Part shown: one piece after another, positions 35,589-44,550 of the stretch
Layout: every line of letters begins with the position of its first letter
Numbering within the stretch: the first letter of the stretch is position 1
Source: a virus
Lineage: Duplodnaviria > Caudoviricetes
Length of the DNA: 64,000 nt
Virus record (IMG/VR): IMGVR_UViG_3300031277_000001
Location: 1,466 to 65,465 of that record
Strand: one strand, 5' to 3'
Position numbers and translations under genes: made by a program
Notes under the pieces: generated by a model
What the model was told of the DNA's origin: nothing
Databases searched by the model: none
What the model saw: only the letters and a program-made list of their open reading frames with translations

Positions 35589-37016
35589 TCACCCTATCCC
35601 CAAGACGTCAGATTCAAGACGCGAATCAAGGCAGACTTGACCGAGATCCAAACACTGGAGAACAACTATCTTTCGCCCCCCTATGCGATCATCACGCTCT
35701 ATCAACTGTTGTATTCTACAGACACCTTTTTCTCGCTCCTCCTTGGTCTGATTGATAGAAATCAACTTACCTACATGAGCAATCTTCCGGATGTCCTCCG
35801 CGACGTCCTTCTCACTGGCGTCCTGAGTAAAAGCGGCTCTCCCCGCCTGAGTAGCTGTGACAGTCAAAGAGTTCCTCTTCTGCGCCATCCCTCTCAACCT
35901 CTTCCAGATTTCATCCAACTGGTGCCTGTACTCACCATACATACGAGAAGGAACAATCAAGTCGGCGTAATCAACTATGATGACGTCAGGAAGGAACCCA
36001 TCATAGTAGTACAAATTGTCCAGAGTGGCCTCAATACTCTCTACAGTCGCGGAGTACGCTGGAAAAGTAAATATTCTAACCTGTCCTGCACGAAACTGTC
36101 TCCGAAAGTTACTTTGAAGCTTCTTCACAGAAGAGAGATCAATCGTCTCGTAGTCGCGTTCCTCAACTCGGACCTCCCACTTGTCTTCCTCACCCTCTCT
36201 ATAGAACGTAGGAAACATGACAGATCGAACCCTCTGGGTCTCTCTACGTCTCCTCGGCTGCCCAACAAGAGAGACCCAAGTACGTCTAATATACTGGTTG
36301 TGTGTCATCTCTAAGTTGATGAGGGCTACACGAAAGCCATGGTAGAGAGCCAATTGTCCTACATACCACTCCCACCACGACTTCCCTTTCTTCGGAGCAG
36401 CCAAAAAAGCAATGAGATCTCCTCTACAAAATGCGCCGAGTCCTACACTAGTACCAAGGATTCCAGGAAAGCGGAACAGTACATCTTCCTCTTCAAGAAA
36501 AGCCGATGCTACTTGAGCGGAATCATCAAGGAGAGAGACACCCTTGTCACGAGGAGTTTCTACTCTAGAAAAATTAGAAATTGCCTGCTCTCCCTTGAGA
36601 GGATTCTTCTGGAGAAGACTCTCATCAATCTGATCCTTCAAGCCTTCAAGAGCACGCAACTTCAAGTATTGAACTGCATTGTCTACAAGGAAAGGAGTAT
36701 TGTCCCTCTCGGGATGGACGTCGTTGTTCTCGTAGTCCTTAGAGAGGCGAAGGAGAAACTCTGAGATGAGCTCCGTGTCATCTTCATCTCGGATTGTAGA
36801 AGCATTCTTCTTGTAGAGGTCCTGGATGTGCTTGCCTGGGGCTTCCTTGTACACTCTCCAGTATTCAAGTACCCAAGACAACACGATCTTGGCGTACGAT
36901 GACTTCATGTACAAGGGCTTCAACACTAAGGAAACTTCTCTCAAGAACTTCGTAGAAGTAATAGCCTGCGTAACAATCTGTCTCTCAATACTCGCATCTA
37001 TCTCTTTCACCTTCAT
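35589..37016 (-). CDS. DnaB-like replicative helicase
   Basis: LAAPKKGKS Walker A, NLEM, IIVDYADL, TATQ..R, AEDI.K. Confidence 0.85.
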   Translation of the reverse strand: MKVKEIDASIERQIVTQAITSTKFLREVSLVLKPLYMKSSYAKIVLSWVLEYWRVYKEAPGKHIQDLYKKNASTIRDEDDTELISEFLLRLSKDYENNDVHPERDNTPFLVDNAVQYLKLRALEGLKDQIDESLLQKNPLKGEQAISNFSRVETPRDKGVSLLDDSAQVASAFLEEEDVLFRFPGILGTSVGLGAFCRGDLIAFLAAPKKGKSWWEWYVGQLALYHGFRVALINLEMTHNQYIRRTWVSLVGQPRRRRETQRVRSVMFPTFYREGEEDKWEVRVEERDYETIDLSSVKKLQSNFRRQFRAGQVRIFTFPAYSATVESIEATLDNLYYYDGFLPDVIIVDYADLIVPSRMYGEYRHQLDEIWKRLRGMAQKRNSLTVTATQAGRAAFTQDASEKDVAEDIRKIAHVGKLISINQTKEEREKGVCRIQQLIERDDRIGGRKIVVLQCLDLGQVCLDSRLESDVLGIG

Positions 37017-38637
37017 TTATTATCTCATCCTCATCTTTCAAGCAATCTTCAAACAACGTGCCAAGGAAGTCCTCGTCCTTGGCGTCTCTCCCATCAATAA
37101 TCTTGGTGAGTACCTCCTTCTTCTTGTCAAGCAATTTGATGATCTTGTTTTCAATAGTATCGTCAGCAATGAGATAATAGATATTGACACACTGGGTCTG
37201 TCCTATCCTATGACAGCGATCGCCCGCTTGGTCGAGATCAGCATTGGTCCAAGGCAACTCCAGAAAAGCAACAGATGATGCAGATGTCAACGTGATCCCC
37301 ACTCCTGCAGCGACCATCTGTCCTATGAACAACTTAGTACTAGGATCATGTTGAAACTTGTTGATCCTCTTCTGTCGCTCCTCGGCAGGAGTACTCCCAT
37401 CAATTCGCACACAGTGTCCCTCGAACTCGCGTTCTACATCATCCAAGACGTTGATGTGAATCCCAAATACTACAAGTTTCTGCCCTGTCGAGAGAAAATC
37501 ACGTATCCACCGAAGAACAGAATTCCTCTTCGCAAGATATGCAAGCTGCTTCAATCTCTCTACTTGATTCTGAGCTTGAATACCTCTCTTTGCGATGTTC
37601 TCCTTCACCCACTCCTTGAACTTCTCTGAGGCGTCACGATAAGCCTCCATCTCAACAGCATCACACTCGAGACGAACGAGTGACTTCAACTTCTCGGGGA
37701 GGTCTTTGAGAACGTTGACCTTCTCTCTTCGAATCATCACGGGGGCAACAATCTCTCGAAGTTCATCTTGATTTGTGGCTCCCTTGAAAGTCCACCCAAA
37801 CCCGTTGTACTTGGGATCACAATAGCGATGCAAGTAACTCCACTGATTAGGAAACAACGAAGGTGCAACGAGATTCAAGACAGTAAAGAACTCAGAAGGG
37901 TAGTTCTTGATAGGTGTTCCCGACAAGAACACCTTGTGAGGGACAGGCTTGGCGATATGAACAAACGACTTAGTCCTGAGAGCCTTGCTGTTAGACACAT
38001 ACTGAATCTCATCTCCTATAATCGTCTGGAAGGGGATCTCCATAAGGATCTCCTCCCAGTCCTTCAAGATGTCATAGTTAATGACATAGAACTTCCTCTC
38101 CTTCTTCAAACTATGAGCCTTACGCGAGGAAAAGATGTACGTATCTGTCTTCTTGATTCCCAACCACTTAAGAGCTTCTTCAATCCACACAAACTTGACT
38201 GTCGCAGGGCACACAATCAAAGCGGGGAAACTGTCTTCATGAAGATTCAAGTACCCTATAGCCTGGATAGTCTTTCCCAAGCCCATCTCATCTGCAATAA
38301 TCCCAACACCAGAGCGACCTTCAAGAAAACGTACGCCTTCTTTTTGAAAGGAAAAGAGACCCTCAATCTTGGTCTCATCAATCACCACTTCCTTCTTCTC
38401 CTCTTCTTTAGATTCAAGGAGCTTAGCAGCAGCGGGAGTGAAGTCAAACCCAAAATCTTGCAAGTACCTCAAATTACTCCTCGTGACAGGAACAACCCAC
38501 ACTTTCCTCTCCATGTTCCACATTCTCCCCACGAGATTCACCTTGACCAGCTCCAAGACACTATAAAACGCCTTTCTATCATCTGATCGAAACTGCACGA
38601 GAAGAACAGAACCGTCATAGTCCACCATCTTAATCAT
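36985..38637 (-). CDS. SNF2-family helicase
   Basis: FQKEGV, ADEMGLGKTIQ, IVCPA, NYD, LSGTP..N, RR.K..VL.DLP, G.GITL, QA.DR.HRIGQ. Confidence 0.9.
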   Translation of the reverse strand: MIKMVDYDGSVLLVQFRSDDRKAFYSVLELVKVNLVGRMWNMERKVWVVPVTRSNLRYLQDFGFDFTPAAAKLLESKEEEKKEVVIDETKIEGLFSFQKEGVRFLEGRSGVGIIADEMGLGKTIQAIGYLNLHEDSFPALIVCPATVKFVWIEEALKWLGIKKTDTYIFSSRKAHSLKKERKFYVINYDILKDWEEILMEIPFQTIIGDEIQYVSNSKALRTKSFVHIAKPVPHKVFLSGTPIKNYPSEFFTVLNLVAPSLFPNQWSYLHRYCDPKYNGFGWTFKGATNQDELREIVAPVMIRREKVNVLKDLPEKLKSLVRLECDAVEMEAYRDASEKFKEWVKENIAKRGIQAQNQVERLKQLAYLAKRNSVLRWIRDFLSTGQKLVVFGIHINVLDDVEREFEGHCVRIDGSTPAEERQKRINKFQHDPSTKLFIGQMVAAGVGITLTSASSVAFLELPWTNADLDQAGDRCHRIGQTQCVNIYYLIADDTIENKIIKLLDKKKEVLTKIIDGRDAKDEDFLGTLFEDCLKDEDEIINEGERDRCEY

Positions 38638-39521
38638 AAGTGCTCCACCATCCAGCGAACTTCTCGAACTATATGATCAGGAAGTTTCGCAGGATCCTTG
38701 TCTGTCTCAAGATCAACCACGTGAGTATGCACTCCCAGGCTTCCAATGGCTGATGCATACTTCTCTGCTCTCTTCTGAGCATCGGGCTCAGAATCAAACA
38801 AGAAGACGACCTTCTTGTATGTTGTCAAGAGACGAAGCTGTTGATCCGTCAACTGAGTACCGAGTCCTGCTACAAAGTTGTCCCCCATGCGCCACACATC
38901 AAAAGGACCTTCAACAACCGCTACCCAGTCCTTCTTGCAATTATCAAGGTTGTACAAGACGTACTTAGGATTCATCACACTGCGCTCTACTGACAAGGTC
39001 TTGTAGCGAATCTTCTGCTTCTCAGTGATGTCTCTGCTAGTGAAAGAGACAACTTGTCCATGAAAAATGATGGGTATTATGATCCTAAGACGATACTCCC
39101 CCGCCAAGCCTGTCCCTCTAACTTGATACTTCCTCTCAATATAATCGGGATCAAACCCACGAGAGATCAAATATTTTCTATGATACTTCTCCAAAGACTC
39201 TCCAGGGAGGCTCACCGAACTTGATCTTGGTTCCTTCTTCTTGTTCAAAATACTATGAACAAGTGTTGCAGCCGAGTAGTCGCGAATAATACTCTCAGCT
39301 TGAGTCCAGGAAATGTGCAAGAGAGATACAATCACCTCCTCGACAGGGTGTCCTCCACACTTCCAGCATGAGTAGTACCCTCCCGAGAGATTGAATCCCC
39401 CGTGATTTGAATGATCAGAACACAAAGGACATCGTATTGCAACCCACCCGGGAGAAACGTTCTCTCCTTCCTCAAAGTAAGGAACACCATTGTCTCTAAG
39501 GAACGCCCTGGCATCAAACAT
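38634..39521 (-). CDS. DNA primase (Zn finger plus TOPRIM)
   Basis: CPLC.DH...SCWKCG, IIPI, VEGPFD, FD.E, KDP. Confidence 0.85.
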   Translation of the reverse strand: MFDARAFLRDNGVPYFEEGENVSPGWVAIRCPLCSDHSNHGGFNLSGGYYSCWKCGGHPVEEVIVSLLHISWTQAESIIRDYSAATLVHSILNKKKEPRSSSVSLPGESLEKYHRKYLISRGFDPDYIERKYQVRGTGLAGEYRLRIIIPIIFHGQVVSFTSRDITEKQKIRYKTLSVERSVMNPKYVLYNLDNCKKDWVAVVEGPFDVWRMGDNFVAGLGTQLTDQQLRLLTTYKKVVFLFDSEPDAQKRAEKYASAIGSLGVHTHVVDLETDKDPAKLPDHIVREVRWMVEHL

Positions 39522-39523
39522 GA

Positions 39524-39919
39524 CTATACAGAAATCTCCATCACACCGCCTTCGAGTCCTGTCACCTTGATAGTATCTCCCCGACAAATCTTGTAACCAA
39601 TCTGAGCAACAGGGACAACAGACCTAAGAACTACAGGGCCCACGAGAGCTTCCATCATCCAGTTGGATTCTCCCAAGATGGAAGATGCCCCTCGTATGAT
39701 AGAAGGAAAGAAGGTTTCACCCGTCTTCTCACGGAGATATCGGGCAATCATCACAGAAGAACTTGTAATCTTCACCTTGTCTCTCTTGTAACAAGCATAA
39801 AGAAAACTAATCGTGTACTTGTCAAACAACTCCTCTACCCATGCCCTGTCTTTCTCATTCAAGTACACAGACATGTAGTCATCAAGAACGAAAGGCTCGG
39901 AAACTTCTTGATGTCTCAT
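39524..39919 (-). CDS. Hypothetical protein
   Basis: ATG 39919 with ggagggg SD. Confidence 0.6.
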   Translation of the reverse strand: MRHQEVSEPFVLDDYMSVYLNEKDRAWVEELFDKYTISFLYACYKRDKVKITSSSVMIARYLREKTGETFFPSIIRGASSILGESNWMMEALVGPVVLRSVVPVAQIGYKICRGDTIKVTGLEGGVMEISV

Positions 39920-39933
39920 TATGAGTCCCCTCC

Positions 39934-40458
39934 CTAAAAAAGTTGGTAGCAATGCCACCAGTCCTTTATCTCCTCCAACGAGATGTCAACAACTTTCACC
40001 GCCCAGGAGAGCTTCTTCGTGAAGAATTCTCGAATAGAATTGAATGTGTGTCTCTTCTCGGGTAGGGAGAAGATGTAAGCAAGGATCTGCTGAGCACTAT
40101 TGGACAACTCCGTCGTGATGGACTCCTGCAATTCAAGCTTCTGGAGAAACCGATCAAACACATCAGTATGTGACAACGTGTCAAGAATCGACTCATCTTG
40201 ATATTCCACCTTGACGAGATCTTTGTTCTGACGATAATAGAGATCTGCGATCCCTTTCAATCTGTACCACAAGAAGGTAGTAAACTGACCTAACTTCTCA
40301 TCGTACTTCAATAAAGCTTCTACAAAGATGTAGAAAGCTTCTGAGCACATCTCATCATAGTCAAGACCATTACTTCTCGCTGCCCTCCAGGCTTGGTGTA
40401 GGATCTGCCTCTTGCATCTCTTGAACTCCTGCGTCATCACTTCGGTACTTACGTTCAC
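39934..40458 (-). CDS. Phage RNA polymerase sigma-factor-like protein
   Basis: Region-2-like LDYDEM.SEA...FVEALLKYD...GQFTTFL. Confidence 0.7.
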   Translation of the reverse strand: MNVSTEVMTQEFKRCKRQILHQAWRAARSNGLDYDEMCSEAFYIFVEALLKYDEKLGQFTTFLWYRLKGIADLYYRQNKDLVKVEYQDESILDTLSHTDVFDRFLQKLELQESITTELSNSAQQILAYIFSLPEKRHTFNSIREFFTKKLSWAVKVVDISLEEIKDWWHCYQLF

Positions 40459-41092
40459 GTGATTCCTCCCCTTTCAAAACTACTACATGAGATTTCTTGT
40501 ATCCATCACGACCTTCCCTCAATTTGACAGAAAAGAGTTTGTCTGCAATCTCTACAAGATTTTCTTCATGAGAAACAATTACAACTTGCAACTTCAATCT
40601 CTTGCTCAACTTCTTCAACATCTCACTCGCCTTGGGACGCAAGTCTCTCGAGAGAAGGCGGAAAGGCTCATCAAGTACAATGAACTTCCTCGTCCTGCCG
40701 AGGGACCAGACGGCAAGACGGAGGGCGAAGGAGCACACGTCCGAGACACCTCCTCCTGACGAGTCTTGTGGATCTATACTAACACCATTACGTAAAAAGG
40801 TCAACTGTGCCTCCGTCTTTCCTCTCTTTATCTCAAAGTTGACCTTGAAGTCGTACTCCCCGGGAAAGACTGCGTCAATAGCAAGTTGAACGATGTCTTC
40901 AAGATGAAACTTGAGAGATTCTTGCGTCTCCTTAGCTACCTGCTGGATTAGAGCTTGAGCCTTCTCCACACTTTCAAGAAGTTGCAGAGAAGACTTCTTC
41001 TTCTCAATGGTCTCTGAGATCTTCTTCTTCAAGAAAGATCTCCGCGCCTCGGCCTGGAGAAGAATGGCACTATAGTCCTCCAAGTTCCTCAT
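40370..41092 (-). CDS. SbcC/Rad50 C-terminal half
   Basis: Coiled coil, SGGG signature, ALRL, VLDEPF Walker B/D-loop, VSH. Confidence 0.85.
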   Translation of the reverse strand: MRNLEDYSAILLQAEARRSFLKKKISETIEKKKSSLQLLESVEKAQALIQQVAKETQESLKFHLEDIVQLAIDAVFPGEYDFKVNFEIKRGKTEAQLTFLRNGVSIDPQDSSGGGVSDVCSFALRLAVWSLGRTRKFIVLDEPFRLLSRDLRPKASEMLKKLSKRLKLQVVIVSHEENLVEIADKLFSVKLREGRDGYKKSHVVVLKGEESRERKYRSDDAGVQEMQEADPTPSLEGSEK

Positions 41093-41337
41093 GACACGGA
41101 ATCCCAATCATACGAAGATTCAATCCTCGCCAAGAGAACAGCTATCCTTCTCTCTCCTTCCTTGATGTCGTCAACCAGAGACTTGATCTTGGCCTCAACC
41201 GCTGGGAGATCATCACATTGAAACTCGTCCTTCCACCTCTTCTTGATGGACTCCATGACTCCCTCGGCCTTGGACTTCTTTGCCTTCAAGGTGTCAATCT
41301 TCTCCTTGATCTTCTTGATGTCTTCAATCGCTATCAC
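41089..41337 (-). CDS. Coiled-coil protein within the sbcCD locus
   Basis: 82 aa heptad-rich ORF. Confidence 0.65.
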   Translation of the reverse strand: MIAIEDIKKIKEKIDTLKAKKSKAEGVMESIKKRWKDEFQCDDLPAVEAKIKSLVDDIKEGERRIAVLLARIESSYDWDSVS

Positions 41338-42293
41338 TTAGATCCTCCCACTTGATCCAAAAGTCTTTCAATCACATCTACAATAGAGGGATCCACACCC
41401 TTCATCTTGACTCGAAGGTTCTGAACGAAGTCCAATGAAACCTGAGTACCTCTCTCCAGTGTAGATATGAACGCCTCGATCCTTTCGTCACGTTCTTGCT
41501 GTCTCTTTATGTGATCGTTCGACACTGTCCCCTTGTCAGGAACAGGAACAAACTCGACCTCATCTCTGACTAGATCAATAAAGTAGAAACCTGCTTGGTA
41601 ATCAACAAGATCTGCAGACTGACGCACCAGGCACCCCGGATTTACTACCTTCTGAGTACCCTTCTCCCAGAGGAAGTGCCTATGATTGTCCCCCAAGCAG
41701 ATGTAGCGAGCATCTGGAAACATCTTGGCAAGATCTTCCGCAAGGACACCTTCATCAGTAGGAGGCATGTCTTTCTTGGATGCAAAAGTGAGTTGATGAA
41801 GAAATACTAACTCTCTATCATCATACCCGCAGTCGCAGTCACCTCCTAAACCACAAGCACAATCATCTGCATGCGCTGTCCTTCGCGATTCCCGGATCTC
41901 CCCAAAGTGCAATGAGACTCCGATGTCATCAAGGGGGTGCAAAGGAGTTCCTCCCATCTTTGCGATAGTCCAAATATTCCCAAAAGACGACGCCATCATG
42001 TTGTCCAAGTTGTGATAGAGAAGATCATGCTGTCCCGCAAGAATGTATATCCCTCCCCCTTCCACGTGATACTGACTCACAACTTGAAAGAAGAGATTGA
42101 TAATAGAAGGATGCACGTGTGACTTGTGACAAAGATCTCCGCTCAGAGCAATTGAAGCTTTCTTCTCGTTAGCAAAACTAACAACAAACTCTAGAGCCTC
42201 TCTCTGCACTGCTAACCAGTCAGCGTCGTTCCTACAAACAGGCATGTCCTCACGTAAGTGGAGATCTGCAACTGCACAAAGACGTTCAATCAA
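41334..42293 (-). CDS. SbcD/Mre11 metallophosphoesterase nuclease
   Basis: ADLHL, GDL.H, GQHD, LH, GDNH, NPG. Confidence 0.85.
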   Translation of the reverse strand: MIERLCAVADLHLREDMPVCRNDADWLAVQREALEFVVSFANEKKASIALSGDLCHKSHVHPSIINLFFQVVSQYHVEGGGIYILAGQHDLLYHNLDNMMASSFGNIWTIAKMGGTPLHPLDDIGVSLHFGEIRESRRTAHADDCACGLGGDCDCGYDDRELVFLHQLTFASKKDMPPTDEGVLAEDLAKMFPDARYICLGDNHRHFLWEKGTQKVVNPGCLVRQSADLVDYQAGFYFIDLVRDEVEFVPVPDKGTVSNDHIKRQQERDERIEAFISTLERGTQVSLDFVQNLRVKMKGVDPSIVDVIERLLDQVGGSK

Positions 42294-42295
42294 AT

Positions 42296-43357
42296 CTATT
42301 CCCCTTTCAACTTCCCTGTTCCATCACATAAAGGACACACGTCGGGCAAAGACTCGTACAAGTCGTGAATCTCTTTATCAACTTCCTCAACAATACGAGA
42401 AGATGTGTTGTATATAGATAGAACAAGATCTAAAGCTTTCCTCTTGTCGTCCAGATCTTGTACCATAGAAATCTTGTTCTGGACGTCATCAACAAGAGCT
42501 TCAATAGGAGAAATATCAATAGATGTCACTACCTCTTGAGCTTCTACAAACTCCTTCTTCAAGGAGTCCAACTGACCTCTCTTCCGAGAAAGTTCTCCAA
42601 GAGAAGTTGACAAAACTTCTACTTTACCAATGAGGAGCTCTACTTCCTGCATGTCAACCTTGTCACATACCTCTAGTGCTTCTCGATATTCTTCTCCAGT
42701 ATCTCGCAAGGCTTGGAGGACACCATGCAAAGGAAATATCATTGATTCCATTTGCACTGCTTCATCAACAACCTCACGAGCAGCAATCAACCAAGAAAAA
42801 GAGTCGTACTCCTTCTGCAATTCAACAAGCTCCGCCTCAAGGGAATCCCGAGTAGAACGACTCTGCCTCTTCGTGGACTCCACAAGTGAGAGCACTTCAT
42901 CTATAACGTCGAGGCGAACAGTCTTGTTGAGGATCCTCGCCACCTCTCCTGCCCCGTTGGACAAAAGGAAGTGAGGATCAAGCTGCTTTTGGATGTTGAT
43001 ATCTGTGATATTAAGAAGATCAGAAACCTCATGAGGAACATCACGACGAATAGCATCAAACTTCTCCTGGTTAACGAGATACCTGTTGATGTCCCTGTGC
43101 CGAAATCTCGTAATAGTATTGTCATCAAACGAGAGAGTGACCTGAGTGGGCTGCTTGATAGTCCCCTTGTCCGTGATGTTCCAGTGAGAAACTATTCCAA
43201 GCCCGTCTGGTTTGTTCTGCAACAACCAGTAGAAAGCACGAAGGATGGCTGTCTTGCCCTTGTCAGAAGACCCTATGATCACATTAATGCCTGAGCAGAA
43301 TTCCAACACAGTGTCTTCATGAGACTGAAAGTTCTCAATATGCAGTTTGTCAATCAT
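42296..43357 (-). CDS. SbcC/Rad50 N-terminal half ending at the zinc hook
   Basis: IENFQSH, G.N.I.GSSDKGKTAILRA, Q.Q.D.HFLL, terminal CPLC. Confidence 0.85.
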   Translation of the reverse strand: MIDKLHIENFQSHEDTVLEFCSGINVIIGSSDKGKTAILRAFYWLLQNKPDGLGIVSHWNITDKGTIKQPTQVTLSFDDNTITRFRHRDINRYLVNQEKFDAIRRDVPHEVSDLLNITDINIQKQLDPHFLLSNGAGEVARILNKTVRLDVIDEVLSLVESTKRQSRSTRDSLEAELVELQKEYDSFSWLIAAREVVDEAVQMESMIFPLHGVLQALRDTGEEYREALEVCDKVDMQEVELLIGKVEVLSTSLGELSRKRGQLDSLKKEFVEAQEVVTSIDISPIEALVDDVQNKISMVQDLDDKRKALDLVLSIYNTSSRIVEEVDKEIHDLYESLPDVCPLCDGTGKLKGE

Positions 43358-43384
43358 TACTAAGGGCCCCTTCTCCGTACAAAT

Positions 43385-43426
43385 AATTATTGGTCTAAAT
43401 ATAAGAAACCTTGAAAAAAATGTCAA
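43385..43426 (-). promoter_or_regulatory. Overlapping sigma70-type promoter and phage promoter motif (copy 4)
   Basis: TTGACA-17-TATATT overlapping TTTTCAAGG-13-GACCAATAA. Confidence 0.65.
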
Positions 43427-44550
43427 CCGGATTTTCTATTCTTCTGCTCCCTCCTCTGAACAAACAAGACGAACGCCAACGCAAAAGGCGCTATGATGTC
43501 AATAAAGACAGCAGGAAACACAGACAACCAAAACTCAACATGGATAGGACTCGCTCCCAAGACAGTGCCTATCCACACATAAAAAGATTGATGCACAACG
43601 ACGGTGTCCTGAGTTAGCCCTTCCTTTGTTTCTCCCTCCAAAGAAGAACGAACCTTCTCTCTAATCACAGACAACTGCTCGTTGAGCTTCTGCACCTCAC
43701 GGTCCACAACAGCGATCCGCCAGGTCAAATCGTTGAAAATCTTCCTGTCCTCCTGCTGCTTCTCCAAGGTGTCAAACTGGGAGAGGAGCTTCTGATACGA
43801 CGTCCGCTGCTCCATCTTATCATCGATCTGCTTCTGGAGATTCTCCTCCTCAGCCTGGTAGGACTCATACAGAGCCCGCTTATACGTCATCTGGCTCCCC
43901 TTCGCCGTGGCGACTACCTCGTTGTGGATCCTCTGATTGTACTGCCCCGCCACGGTGCTCACCATGGAGAAGACGAGAACGACCGCCCAGAGTATCAAGA
44001 ACACCGAAGCGAGGATCCTCTGTCGGGATCGACCAAGGAGAATCACGATCTCAAATGCCATGCAGGAGAAGAGAACCATGACAGAACTCAACACGATAGC
44101 GAGGAGGGGAGGAAGGAAATCCATCAACCAAATCGCAGTATAGTAGATAGATAGAGACACGGCGCCCACAACAATCACAGTCATCACCACTCTCAAGACG
44201 ATGAGCATCCACCCCAAGGTGACGATATCACCAACAACCTCCTTCTTCTTATCTTCTACCGGGGGAGAATCAAGCAGTCTGCTTCCCTGCACAGGAGGAA
44301 CTTGAGGCGTTTCTTGCTCGGACTTCTTCACAGGAGAGGACTCAATCATCTTGTACCTGGAGTAGTTCTTCTTGAGAAAACCTTCGTGAACGAGTAGCCT
44401 ATAGATGTCGAGCATCTTGTACTCCGAAGTAGAAAACCTCTCCGCGGCTTCCTTGATAGTGGGCAACTTCTTGTACTGATTAAAGTAGTTTCTCAAGAAG
44501 ATCTTCACATCGTCAATCACAAGAACCCCTACAGACTGCGCACTGCTCAC
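43423..44550 (-). CDS. Membrane protein with N-terminal HTH, TM helices and coiled coil
   Basis: LPTIKEAAERF...L...GFL wHTH-like; three N-proximal and one C-terminal hydrophobic helices. Confidence 0.7.
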   Translation of the reverse strand: MSSAQSVGVLVIDDVKIFLRNYFNQYKKLPTIKEAAERFSTSEYKMLDIYRLLVHEGFLKKNYSRYKMIESSPVKKSEQETPQVPPVQGSRLLDSPPVEDKKKEVVGDIVTLGWMLIVLRVVMTVIVVGAVSLSIYYTAIWLMDFLPPLLAIVLSSVMVLFSCMAFEIVILLGRSRQRILASVFLILWAVVLVFSMVSTVAGQYNQRIHNEVVATAKGSQMTYKRALYESYQAEEENLQKQIDDKMEQRTSYQKLLSQFDTLEKQQEDRKIFNDLTWRIAVVDREVQKLNEQLSVIREKVRSSLEGETKEGLTQDTVVVHQSFYVWIGTVLGASPIHVEFWLSVFPAVFIDIIAPFALAFVLFVQRREQKNRKSG

